A stretch of DNA of 64,000 nucleotides from the NCBI GenBank assembly GCA_937992175.1, contig CALKLF010000005.1, forward strand, positions 695 to 64,694. Direction: 5' to 3'. Each line of letters begins with the position of its first letter. Position 1 is the stretch's first letter. The notes below the pieces were generated by a model. The model was not told the DNA's origin and did no database searches. It worked only from the letters and a program-made list of their open reading frames with translations. The translations under genes were made by a program, and so were the position numbers. This DNA is from an uncultured Fimbriimonadales bacterium (GTDB taxonomy: Bacteria > Armatimonadota > Fimbriimonadia > Fimbriimonadales > GBS-DC). Positions 1-9,019 of the stretch are shown piece by piece.

Positions 1-40
1 AGGAACAACGGAGTTGTCATTCCGAGCACAGCGAGGAACC

Positions 41-532
<492 letters not shown>

Positions 533-539
533 AGGGGGG

Positions 540-545
540 ATTGTA
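540..545 (-). promoter_or_regulatory. -10 box TACAAT (GGTACAAT), 7 nt upstream of the purE GTG; leaderless-type promoter
   Basis: Minus strand reads caGGTACAATcccccctGTG. Confidence 0.5.
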
Positions 546-587
546 CCTGAAGGAACAAGATTCCCCAACCAGTGGGCAAAGTGAAAC

Positions 588-671
588 TTAGTTACAAAGT
601 GACAGAAGGGTCGAATGATATCGAGGTTCTTGCTCCACGATGTAGATGATGATGTTGGAATCAATATACAC
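588..671 (-). pseudogene. PIN-domain (VapC-like) N-terminal remnant, 27 codons then stop
   Basis: Minus-strand GTG TAT ATT GAT TCC AAC... translates to (M)[26 protein letters not shown]. The hydrophobic-x-D-(S/T)-N start is typical of PIN toxins. The fragment sits in a low-GC spacer between lepA and purE. Confidence 0.3.
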
Positions 672-746
672 TGTACCAGTAAGTTGGTCTACTCCCATGC
701 GTCCCGTTCCTGGTTTTCATGGACGGTCTGATTATCCCACAGGTAG

Positions 747-2546
747 TTAGTCACCGACCTTCAGCACGCTCAGGAACGCCTCCTGCGGCACTTCCACTGC
801 GCCGACCTGTTTCATGCGCTTCTTGCCCTCTTTCTGGCGTTCCAGCAGCTTGCGCTTGCGCGTGATGTCGCCCCCGTAGCACTTGGCAATCACATTCTTG
901 CGGAACGGTTTAATCGTCTCGGAGGCAATTACACGCGCGCCAATCGCCGCCTGGATGCGCACCTCGAACTGCTGGCGCGGCACAACCTCTTTGAGCTTCT
1001 CGACCAGCGTGCGGGCGCGGGGGTAGGCACGCTCGCGCGGCGCAATAAAGCTCAGCGCGTCCACCGGGTCGCCGTTGATTAAGATATCGATTTTCACCAT
1101 ATCCGCCTCGCGGTAGCCTGCGGGTTCATAATCGAACGAGGCGTAGCCGCGCGTGCGGGTTTTGAGCTGGTCATAGAAGTCGAGCAGAATCTCGCTCAGT
1201 GGTAATCGGTAATACAGAATCACGCGCTGGGGCGTGGGGTACTCCATCTTCACGAACTCGCCGCGACGATTCATGCACAAGTCCATCACCGCGCCCACAT
1301 AGTCGTTCGGAACCATCACGGTCGCGTTCACAATCGGCTCCTCCACGCGCTCGATTTTGCCGGGATTGGGCCAGCGCGTGGGGTTGTCGATCTCCAGTAT
1401 CTCCCCGTCTTCCGTGTAGACGCGATAGGCGACGCTGGGCGCCGTGGCGATGAGTTCCAGCCCGAACTCGCGCTCCAGACGCTCCTGCACGATTTCCATA
1501 TGGAGCAGCCCCAGAAAACCGCACCGGAATCCGAACCCCAACGCCGCGCTATTTTCGGGTTCGAAGCTAATCGCGGCGTCATTCAGGCTCAGCTTCTCTA
1601 AGGCGTCGCGCAGGTCGGCGTACTTGTCGCCCTCCACAGGATACAGCCCGCAGAACACCATCGGCTTCACCTTGCGGAAGCCGGGCAGGGGTTCCCGCGC
1701 AGGGTTCTCCGCGGAGGTGATGGTATCGCCCACCTGCGCGTCCTTGACCGATTTGATCGACGCCGTGATGTAGCCCACTTCGCCCGTGTTCAGCGCGTTC
1801 GCAGGGCAGAGCTTCGGCGTGAAGTAGCCTACCTGCGCGACCTCAAAAGTCTTGCCGTTCGCCATGAACATAATCTTGTCGCCGGGCTTCACGCTGCCGT
1901 CCACCACACGCACATACGCCACCACGCCCACATAGGCGTCGTAGTGTGAGTCGTACACGAGGGCGCGCAGTGAGGCGTTCGGGTCGCCCTTCGGCGGCGG
2001 CACGCGCTCCACAATCGCGTCCAGAATCTCCTCGATGCCGATGCCTTCTTTCGCGCTCGCCAGAATCACCTCGTCGGGGTCGATGAGCAGCGCGTGTTCC
2101 ATCTCCTCTTTCACGCGCTCTGGCTCAGCGGCGGGCAGGTCGATTTTATTAATCACAGGCACAATCGCCAGCCCCTGATTATAGGCGAGGTTGGTGTTCG
2201 CAATCGTTTGCGCCTCCACGCCCTGCGCGGCGTCCACCACCAGAATCGCGCCCTCGCATGCAGCGAGGCTGCGCGACACCTCGTAGGTGAAGTCCACATG
2301 CCCCGGCGTGTCGATGAGATTCAGCTGGTAGGTGTTGCCGTCTTTGGCGGTATATTGCAGGCGCACGGCGGTCATCTTGATCGTGATGCCGCGCTCGCGT
2401 TCCAGGTCCATCGTGTCCAGTACCTGCTCGACGGGCGTCCCTTTCTGGATTGCGCCCGTGAACTCCAGCAGGCGGTCGGCTAAAGTGGACTTGCCGTGAT
2501 CCACATGAGCGATAATGCAGAAGTTGCGTATCAACGCCTGATTCAT
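747..2546 (-). CDS. lepA: Elongation factor 4 (LepA)
   Basis: 599-aa [38 protein letters not shown], and the C-terminal LepA region [23 protein letters not shown]. Confidence 0.97.
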   Translation of the reverse strand: MNQALIRNFCIIAHVDHGKSTLADRLLEFTGAIQKGTPVEQVLDTMDLERERGITIKMTAVRLQYTAKDGNTYQLNLIDTPGHVDFTYEVSRSLAACEGAILVVDAAQGVEAQTIANTNLAYNQGLAIVPVINKIDLPAAEPERVKEEMEHALLIDPDEVILASAKEGIGIEEILDAIVERVPPPKGDPNASLRALVYDSHYDAYVGVVAYVRVVDGSVKPGDKIMFMANGKTFEVAQVGYFTPKLCPANALNTGEVGYITASIKSVKDAQVGDTITSAENPAREPLPGFRKVKPMVFCGLYPVEGDKYADLRDALEKLSLNDAAISFEPENSAALGFGFRCGFLGLLHMEIVQERLEREFGLELIATAPSVAYRVYTEDGEILEIDNPTRWPNPGKIERVEEPIVNATVMVPNDYVGAVMDLCMNRRGEFVKMEYPTPQRVILYYRLPLSEILLDFYDQLKTRTRGYASFDYEPAGYREADMVKIDILINGDPVDALSFIAPRERAYPRARTLVEKLKEVVPRQQFEVRIQAAIGARVIASETIKPFRKNVIAKCYGGDITRKRKLLERQKEGKKRMKQVGAVEVPQEAFLSVLKVGD

Positions 2547-2555
2547 AGCGAGGCA

Positions 2556-2561
2556 ATTGTA
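2556..2561 (-). promoter_or_regulatory. -10 box TACAAT, 9 nt upstream of the lepA ATG; leaderless-type promoter
   Basis: Minus strand reads caGGTACAATtgcctcgctATG. Confidence 0.5.
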
Positions 2562-2562
2562 C

Positions 2563-2763
2563 CTGAGCCAGTTTCAAGGAGCGTAGGGCGTAAAGAATCG
2601 CCTGCTCAATATCTTCTGACTGCAGATGAGGGTAGGCGCGCAGGATCTCTTCGTGAGTCGCGCCTGACGCGAGCAGCTCGAGGACAAACTCGACGCTGAT
2701 TCGTGTTCCCCGAATATGGGGTTTGCCTGATAGCACCTCGGGGTCAATGACAATTCTGTCCAG
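2563..2763 (-). pseudogene. DUF433-like (antitoxin-like) reading frame lacking a canonical start and its own stop
   Basis: Translation is LDRIVIDPEVLSGKPHIRGTRISVEFVLELLASGATHEEILRAYPHLQSEDIEQAILYALRSL, which fits the DUF433 pattern. The first ATG/GTG/TTG (GTG 2736) falls inside the conserved core. The frame has no stop until 2179, deep inside lepA. Confidence 0.4.
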
Positions 2764-2855
2764 TTGAGCGTCCTCACAAGTATTGTACCTAACACGCCTG
2801 TAAATCTGGTACTATACTGAGAGCAGGTTCTCCCAGTCTGTGGAACTGCTTCCTT

Positions 2856-4115
2856 GTGGCGTTGCCTCTAAACGATTCGATGTTGTGGCGGCGAGCGGAA
2901 ACCGAAGCGCGACAAGTGTCGCCCGACGAGTCCGAATGGTTCCTTCGGGTTCTGTGCGCGGGGTTCGGTCTCGATATGAATACGGCGCGACGCTTTTTTT
3001 ACGACGACCCCTATTTTGAGGTGAACCAGCGCTGGGGGTTGTGGCTCAACGAGCGCGGCGGTCAGACGCTCGTGTCGATTCTCACGGCGATTCCGCTCAC
3101 GATGTGGATTGGGGCGCGTCCTGTGCCGTTATACGGAATCGCGGGCGTGGCGACTTTGCCTGAGTATCGGCGACGGGGCTTCGCGGCGGAGTTGCTGCGT
3201 CAGACTTTGCAGAGCCTCTATCGCGAGGGCGCGCCGCTGGCGGTGCTACAGGCGTTTAATCACGAGTTCTACCGTAAGCTCGGCTGGGAGACAGTCGGCG
3301 CGATTGCCCATGCGCGCCTGACACCGAAGCAGTTGCCCCGTTATGACGGCGAGCCGCTGCGCCGCGCTGGAGCTGCTGACCACGAAGCAGTGATGAATTT
3401 GCACGCCCAGTATGGCGCTCGTCGCACAGGCAGCCTCGTCCGCGATAAACGCCGCTGGGAGTACCTGCTCTGGAACCTGCCGAACCTGTGGGTGTATGAG
3501 CGGAGCGGGCAGATAGAGGGGTACCTGTTTTACGACTTTCTCGATTCGGGCTGGACGCTGCGCGTGCGGGAGATGCTCTGGCGCAGCGAGCGGGCGCGGC
3601 GCGCAATTCTGGGCTGGCTTGCTGCGAACGAGGAGTCGGTACAGCAGGTGGAATTTCAGCTGCCTGTTGAAGCAGTCGCGTCGTTGGGGCTGCTGGGCTG
3701 GAGCGCGCCGCCGACCGAGCCGAGCCAGCCGTTTTACACGGTGCAGGTGCTGCCGAACTTCATGGCGCGACCTGTGCATGCGTCTGCGCTGCTGCGGGCG
3801 TTGCTGGAGGGCGCGCCCGCGCCTGAGGGATTTCAGCCGTTCAACTTGCGCGTGCGCGACAGCGTGCTGAAGGCAAATGGCGAAATGGCGAGCGTCAGCG
3901 CGGAAGGGGGACTATTGAAGGTGGGGAAAGCGTCGTCTGACTTGCCCGTTCTCAGCCTCGCGCCCACCAGTTTCGCGATGCTCGCTTTTGGCACGATGAG
4001 CGCGTCGGAACTCCATGCTCGCCGAATCCTGAACGCGCCCGAAACGCTGATAGAAACGCTGGAGCTGCTGTTCCCTGAACGCGCGCCCTGCCTCGCGCCG
4101 ATGGATTTTTTCTAA
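2856..4115 (+). CDS. GNAT N-acetyltransferase, Eis-like (GNAT plus C-terminal SCP2-like region)
   Basis: 419-aa ORF. Acetyl-CoA motif GIAGVATLPEYRRRGFAAELLRQ. The length and the tail ...LFPERAPCLAPMDFF fit the Eis/COG4552 architecture. Confidence 0.7.
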   Translation: MALPLNDSMLWRRAETEARQVSPDESEWFLRVLCAGFGLDMNTARRFFYDDPYFEVNQRWGLWLNERGGQTLVSILTAIPLTMWIGARPVPLYGIAGVATLPEYRRRGFAAELLRQTLQSLYREGAPLAVLQAFNHEFYRKLGWETVGAIAHARLTPKQLPRYDGEPLRRAGAADHEAVMNLHAQYGARRTGSLVRDKRRWEYLLWNLPNLWVYERSGQIEGYLFYDFLDSGWTLRVREMLWRSERARRAILGWLAANEESVQQVEFQLPVEAVASLGLLGWSAPPTEPSQPFYTVQVLPNFMARPVHASALLRALLEGAPAPEGFQPFNLRVRDSVLKANGEMASVSAEGGLLKVGKASSDLPVLSLAPTSFAMLAFGTMSASELHARRILNAPETLIETLELLFPERAPCLAPMDFF

Positions 4116-4141
4116 TACGATCGCGAGTTCAAGCGGCGCAT

Positions 4142-4206
4142 ATTGTCGGCGGGGGCGTCGACGCTGCGCACGCGCTTCGCGTAGCGTCGGCATCCCTGCC
4201 GACAAT
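4142..4206. repeat. Long imperfect nested inverted repeat downstream of the GNAT gene
   Basis: Outer arms are attgtcggcgggg (4142-4154) and ccctgccgacaat (4194-4206). Inner arms are gacgctgcgc and gcgtagcgtc. Confidence 0.6.
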
Positions 4207-4290
4207 ACACTTGAAACCCCCAAGCAGTGTGATAAAGGTACAACGCCTGGGTTCGAACACGCCGCCGATTTTTCCAACCTCCTCCCCAAT

Positions 4291-4419
4291 CCCTCTTCCG
4301 CGCCGTGGGAGGGGGGGAACGCCCCTCGCAGCGCACGCGCTCAATTCCCCTCTCCTACGTGGCGGGAGAGGGGCTGGGGGTGAGGGCGGAAAGGTGACAC
4401 TTGTTTTACAACCCTCACC
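4291..4419. repeat. G/C-run nested-hairpin repeat cluster (family copy A, three consecutive hairpins)
   Basis: Three hairpins: ccctcttccgcgccgtgggaggg; cccctctcctacgtggcgggagagggg; gggtgaggg-N27-ccctcaccc. The reverse complement closely matches copy B at 45662-45711. Confidence 0.7.
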
Positions 4420-4476
4420 CCTTAAGTCGGCGCAGCCTCTTCAATAGTGCCGTTGAGATTGGTATCGACAGCGAAC

Positions 4477-4913
4477 TTATCCGTGCTGCTGCCCAGGGTT
4501 GGGCGAGAAGAACATGCCCGCGTTAAAACTGCTCACGCTAATGCCAATCCACAAATTCTGCTTGCCGATTGTTGTTGGTGAACCAGGGAACTGCAATTGA
4601 AATGTGCCAAACGGCACGCTTGTGAGCAACGCTGTGTAAAGCAGATTACCGAAAAGACCGCTGCTGTCCGCCTCATACACGAACATCACCACATCCACCG
4701 TACTGACATTTATGTTCGTAACGCGATGTTCACCTGTTTGATTTCCAGAGCAGTGGTACGGTTCACATCATCCAGCATGATTAGGTACGGGCCACCGAGA
4801 TAGAATTGGGAATACCCACTACCTGGATCGTTATCGTAGTCGAGGGTGTTTCCATAGGTTAGGCTCAGCAGTGCGCCTGTTAAAGCCAAAAGACCGATGT
4901 AGCGTTTCATCAT
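4477..4913 (-). pseudogene. Small secreted beta-rich protein gene split by a frameshift (ORFs 4710..4913 and 4477..4698)
   Basis: The upstream ORF has a signal peptide MMKRYIGLLALTGALLSLT and stops at ...ALEIKQVNIALRT*. The downstream frame is open from just inside it (...VTNINVSTVDVVMFVYEADSSGLFGN...). The region is visibly lower in GC than its flanks. Confidence 0.4.
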
Positions 4914-5111
4914 TCACCTCTATTTAGTGAAGCGTATCAAGGAGCATCTGCTAATTGTCCACTGTTGTTCATGACTCAAAAATTGTCCCAAAGCGCACAG
5001 AAAAAATGCCAGATTCAGAGTTTTGGATTGCGCTTGCGTAAAAATGCTACTGAACAGACGCCCCCCGCATGAAGCAGGAACATCGCGTGCGGGCGAGAAT
5101 CTAACTGCAAT

Positions 5112-6362
5112 ATGCGATACTTCTGGGCGTTTGTACTGATTGCTTTCCTTATAGCTCAGGGCGGGGCGCAGACAGAGACCAAACCCGATGCGCCGCCTGC
5201 CGAAACCAAACCTGCCGCCCAAACTCGTGAAACGACGCTAATCTTCCCGCAGGAAGGCGAGCGCTGGTGGTGGGCGGAAAATAGCAAAGGGGAGCCGCTG
5301 AACGCCCCCCAGAAGACCAGCGACGCGAGCGTGAACATCAAGCTGCCTGAGGGCGCGGAGACGCTCTGGGTGTACGACGCAAAGTCGGGCAACCTCGCGC
5401 AACTCAAGGCATCTGAGTTGAAGGAAAAGACCGAACTCAAGAGCGAGAGCTGGACGCATGTCGCGCGAGTGCAGGTGAATGTGAAGTCGCAGGATAAGCC
5501 CGTCGCCAGCGCGATTGTGAGCCTGACCGACGCGAAGGGGGACACTCGAACGCAAGTACTGGAGCCGTCGGCGGAGGGGATTCTGGTGTTCGAGCGCGTG
5601 CCGTTGGGCAAGGTGGAGGTCACGGCGCGCTACGGGGACGAACAGAAAGCCTCGCAGGAGACGACGCTGAAAGCCGAGCGCGAGCTGCGCGTACCCGTGA
5701 TTGAACTCGCGCTAAGCGGAACGGTCGCCACACTGGAGCCGACGAAAAGGGCAGGGGAGACGGAAGCGAAGGCGGAGGAGACGCCGCAGGTCAGTCGCAT
5801 CGGCGCGATTGTGATGTTCATCATCGCGCTTGCGCTGGCGGTGGGCGTGGTTTACTTCCTGGTGCGATTGGCGACGCAGAAGCCGCAGCAGCTCGGCGAG
5901 GCGATGAGCAAGCTCGGCGTGGAGTTGCCGCAGGCGGCGACGAGCGGGGCAGTGGGGAGCGTCGGTTCCACCGCGCCCCCTGCGCCGCCGCAGCCCGACC
6001 TGCCGCCGCTGGACACGGCGGGCGTGCCGCCGACAGCGACCGCCGCGCCGACGGTTATGGTCGCGACAGAACCCGCCACGCGCATCGTCGCCACTCAGGG
6101 ACCCTACGCGGGGCAGGTGTTCGAGATTAGCGCTGACCTGATGACCATCGGGCGCGAGGCGGTTCATCCAATCGCGCTGGTGAACGATATGGGCGTCAGT
6201 CGCAACCATGCGCAGATTACCCGACAGGGCGACCAGACGCTCATCGAAGACCTCGGCAGCACGAACGGAACCTATGTGAACGGCGTGCGCATCAGTACGC
6301 CGACGCCAATCAAGCCGGGCGACACGATTCAGCTCGGCGCGAGCCTGTTCCGCGTGGAGTGA
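5112..6362 (+). CDS. Single-pass membrane FHA-domain protein (signal peptide, beta-sandwich ectodomain, TM, Pro-rich linker, C-terminal FHA)
   Basis: Signal peptide MRYFWAFVLIAFLIAQGGAQ. TM IGAIVMFIIALALAVGVVYFLV. FHA: MTIGREAVHPIALVNDMGVSRNHAQITRQGDQTLIEDLGSTNGTYVNGVRI. Confidence 0.8.
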   Translation: MRYFWAFVLIAFLIAQGGAQTETKPDAPPAETKPAAQTRETTLIFPQEGERWWWAENSKGEPLNAPQKTSDASVNIKLPEGAETLWVYDAKSGNLAQLKASELKEKTELKSESWTHVARVQVNVKSQDKPVASAIVSLTDAKGDTRTQVLEPSAEGILVFERVPLGKVEVTARYGDEQKASQETTLKAERELRVPVIELALSGTVATLEPTKRAGETEAKAEETPQVSRIGAIVMFIIALALAVGVVYFLVRLATQKPQQLGEAMSKLGVELPQAATSGAVGSVGSTAPPAPPQPDLPPLDTAGVPPTATAAPTVMVATEPATRIVATQGPYAGQVFEISADLMTIGREAVHPIALVNDMGVSRNHAQITRQGDQTLIEDLGSTNGTYVNGVRISTPTPIKPGDTIQLGASLFRVE

Positions 6363-6363
6363 G

Positions 6364-7761
6364 ATGGTCTCCAAACTGTTCTACCTGATGGTGTTCGGAG
6401 CGCTGGGCGGCTTGCTCGCGTGGTTTGTGAACGAGCCGTTCGTGAGCGACGACATCCGCCGCTCGGTGAACTGGGCGGAGATTGCGTTGTTCGGCTCAGT
6501 GTCGGGCGGGTTCATCGGCGCGATGATTGGCATGGCGTCGGGGCTGTCGCTGGGCACGGGCAAGCACATTATCCGAGGCGTCGCGCTCGGTGCGCTGGTG
6601 GGCATTCCCGGCGGCTGGATTGGGCTGACGGTGGGGCAGATACTTTTTAATGTGTTCGGCAGTGCGATCCCGATTGCGGGCTGGATTGTTGGGCGGATTA
6701 TCGGCTGGAGCGCGTTCGGGGCGTTGATTGGGCTGTCGGAGGGGGTGGTAGCGCGTTCGCCGAAGCGGATGCGCAACGGGCTGCTTGGTGGGGCGATTGG
6801 CGGGGCGTTAGGCGGCGCGCTGTTTGACTTTCTTGCGCTGACGGTCGGCTCGATTTTCGGGTTCGCGTTGCGGGCGGAGGGCGAAGCGGGCGCGCCTTCT
6901 CGCGCCGTCGCGCTCACGCTGGTCGGCGCGGGCATCGGGCTATTCATCGGCTTGCTGGAGCTGATCGCGCGCTCCGCGTGGATTCGCGTGATTTACGGGC
7001 GCAACGAGGGCAAGGACTACCCGATTGACCGCGACGGGGCGTACATCGGGCGCGACGAGCTGGCGGATGTGCCGTTGCGGGGCGACCCGCAGGTCGCCCC
7101 GCGCCACGCCGAGATCCGCATGGACAGGGGGGGCTATGCGCTCGTGCCCCTTGCGCCCCTGCTGGTAAACGGTCAGCCCGTCGCCGCGCCTGTGGAGCTG
7201 AGCGACGGGGACATGCTGCAGATTGGGCGTTTCCAGTTGCAGTTCCAGTTGCGCGAGGGTCAGGCGCAGCGGGTTCCGCGCGATGTGGCGCGTTCGTCGT
7301 TGCCGCCGCCCCCGCCGACGTCGCCTGGCGTGTGTCCATACTGCGGTCAGCGTCAGGATCCCGTCACGGGCGCGTGCGCCTGCACGCCTGTCGCCACTGC
7401 GCCGACGATGGCTGCGCCTACGCCGACTCCAACGCCCGCCTACGCCCCCGCGCCGTCGGGCGTCGCCGCCGTCGCGCTGGCGACCGCACTGGTGGGACTC
7501 GACGGCGCGCTCGCAGGACAGCGATTCGTCGTGCCCCCCACAGGACTGACTGTTGGACGCGAAACCGACAACGCGCTTATCGTACCCGACCTCTCCGTGA
7601 GCCGCCATCACGCCCGAATCGCCCTCGAAAACGGCGCACTGGTGGTCTACGACCTCAATAGCACGAACGGCGTGTTCGTGAACGAGCAGCGCGTGCAGAA
7701 GCAGATTCTCAAGCCGGGCGATGTGGTGCGCTTCGGCGTGGCGCGGTTTCGGGTGGAGTAA
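6364..7761 (+). CDS. Polytopic glycine-zipper membrane protein with two FHA domains and a Cys-rich (zinc-ribbon-like) linker
   Basis: The N-terminal ~200 aa are G/A-rich TM segments. FHA1: YIGRDELADVPLRGDPQVAPRHAEIRM. Linker CPYCGQRQDPVTGACAC. FHA2: LTVGRETDNALIVPDLSVSRHHARIALENGALVVYDLNSTNGVFVN. Its ATG lies 1 nt after the stop of the previous gene. Confidence 0.8.
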   Translation: MVSKLFYLMVFGALGGLLAWFVNEPFVSDDIRRSVNWAEIALFGSVSGGFIGAMIGMASGLSLGTGKHIIRGVALGALVGIPGGWIGLTVGQILFNVFGSAIPIAGWIVGRIIGWSAFGALIGLSEGVVARSPKRMRNGLLGGAIGGALGGALFDFLALTVGSIFGFALRAEGEAGAPSRAVALTLVGAGIGLFIGLLELIARSAWIRVIYGRNEGKDYPIDRDGAYIGRDELADVPLRGDPQVAPRHAEIRMDRGGYALVPLAPLLVNGQPVAAPVELSDGDMLQIGRFQLQFQLREGQAQRVPRDVARSSLPPPPPTSPGVCPYCGQRQDPVTGACACTPVATAPTMAAPTPTPTPAYAPAPSGVAAVALATALVGLDGALAGQRFVVPPTGLTVGRETDNALIVPDLSVSRHHARIALENGALVVYDLNSTNGVFVNEQRVQKQILKPGDVVRFGVARFRVE

Positions 7762-7770
7762 ATATCGAGG

Positions 7771-7776
7771 TACACT
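7771..7776 (+). promoter_or_regulatory. -10 box TACACT, 8 nt upstream of the nagA ATG; leaderless-type promoter
   Basis: Reads gaGGTACACTattaccgcATG. Confidence 0.45.
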
Positions 7777-7784
7777 ATTACCGC

Positions 7785-9002
7785 ATGGCGTTTCGGATTT
7801 ATTGCGGCGCGTTGGCGACCGACGGAAGTCGATACGAACAGCGCGCGCTGGTAGTCGATAAAGGGCGGATTGTCGCGTGGGAGCCGTATGACCCCCATCG
7901 CCTCGCGCGGATTGCGCCCCCTGATGTGGACGCGCGCGAGTATATCGCCCTACCTGGCATGATTGACCTCCACATCCACGGCGGCTTCGGACGCGATATG
8001 ATGGAGGGAACCCCCGAGGCAATTCAAGCCGTCGCGCAGCGTCTTGTGCAGCACGGCGTCACGGCGTTTCTGGCGACGCCGCTCACTGCGCCGTGGGACG
8101 CAATTAGAAATTGTATACGCGCCGCCCGCGAAGTGCGCGAACATGGCTCGGAAGGCGCGCGTGTGCTGGGATGCCACTTAGAGGGTCCCTTCATCAACCC
8201 CAAACGCGCAGGAGCGCAGCCCCCCGAATACATCCGCCCGCCCAGCGTGCGCGAACTGGAAACCGAACTGGGCGATTTGATGAGCGAGTTGCGCATCGTC
8301 ACTCTCGCCCCCGAGCTGGAGGGAGGGCTAGAGCTGACGCAGTATTTGACAGGGCAGGGGATTATCGTCTCCATCGGACACAGCGACGCGACCTACGAGC
8401 AGACCCTGCAGGCAATCGAACACGGCGCGCGCCACGCCACGCACACTTTCAACGCCATGCGCCCCTTCCAGCATCGCGACCCTAGCCTAGCGGGCGCGGT
8501 GATGCTGCGTGATGAGCTGACCGCTGAGATTATTTGGGACAATGTGCATACGCACCCCGCGACCGCGCACCTGCTGGTGAAGGCGAAGGGCATCGAGCGC
8601 GTCCTCTGCGTTTCGGACGGCACGACGGGCGTGGGCATGCCCGATGGGTACACATTTGAATTGTGGGGACATCGCGCCGTGGTACAGAATAGCGCGGCGC
8701 GTATGGTGGAGACGGGCGGACTGGCGGGCAGCACGATTGCGATGGACGCCTGCCTCATGCACTGCGCCGACACGCTGGGGCTGGAAGCCGCCTCGCTGCT
8801 GTGCGCCGCGAACCCCGCCCGCGCGCTGGGCTACGAAGGCGAACTGGGCACACTGCGACCCGGCGCGTGCGCGGACTTCATCCTCTGGAATCCGCGCACG
8901 CGGCAAATAGAGTATACTTTCATCGATGGCGTTCTAGAACAATTAGAATCGAAAACGGCAGGAGAACCTGTTTCTGCCACGAATCTCAATCCGTATCCCT
9001 GA
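7785..9002 (+). CDS. nagA: N-acetylglucosamine-6-phosphate deacetylase
   Basis: 405 aa. GMIDLHIHGGFG, HLEGPFINPKRAGAQ, SIGHSDATYEQ, THTFNAM. Confidence 0.9.
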   Translation: MAFRIYCGALATDGSRYEQRALVVDKGRIVAWEPYDPHRLARIAPPDVDAREYIALPGMIDLHIHGGFGRDMMEGTPEAIQAVAQRLVQHGVTAFLATPLTAPWDAIRNCIRAAREVREHGSEGARVLGCHLEGPFINPKRAGAQPPEYIRPPSVRELETELGDLMSELRIVTLAPELEGGLELTQYLTGQGIIVSIGHSDATYEQTLQAIEHGARHATHTFNAMRPFQHRDPSLAGAVMLRDELTAEIIWDNVHTHPATAHLLVKAKGIERVLCVSDGTTGVGMPDGYTFELWGHRAVVQNSAARMVETGGLAGSTIAMDACLMHCADTLGLEAASLLCAANPARALGYEGELGTLRPGACADFILWNPRTRQIEYTFIDGVLEQLESKTAGEPVSATNLNPYP

Positions 9003-9019
9003 AGGAGGTCCGTACAATC

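Noticed and set aside
1-40. gtcattccgagcacagcgaggaacc just after the purE stop, which resembles a short dispersed repeat. A weakly similar cgaggaatctcgg string lies at 45773-45790.
   Set aside because: The element is cut by the window edge and its similarity to the second site is marginal. It cannot be evaluated without the flanking sequence or the whole genome.
4236-4262. GGTTCGAA, a tRNA T-loop-like string, in the GNAT-downstream spacer.
   Set aside because: The flanking bases cannot form a T-stem (ctggg and acgcc are not complementary). No acceptor or anticodon arms could be drawn.
4291-4419. Whether the G/C-rich repeats form a CRISPR array.
   Set aside because: There are no regularly spaced identical direct repeats. 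The units are inverted or nested hairpins of differing sequence, there are only 2-3 per site, and no cas genes are present.
9011-9019. cgTACAATc immediately before the rpsA ATG, as another leaderless promoter.
   Set aside because: The gap to the ATG is only 1 nt, and a strong GAAGGAGG lies at the proper Shine-Dalgarno distance. The hexamer is probably coincidental.
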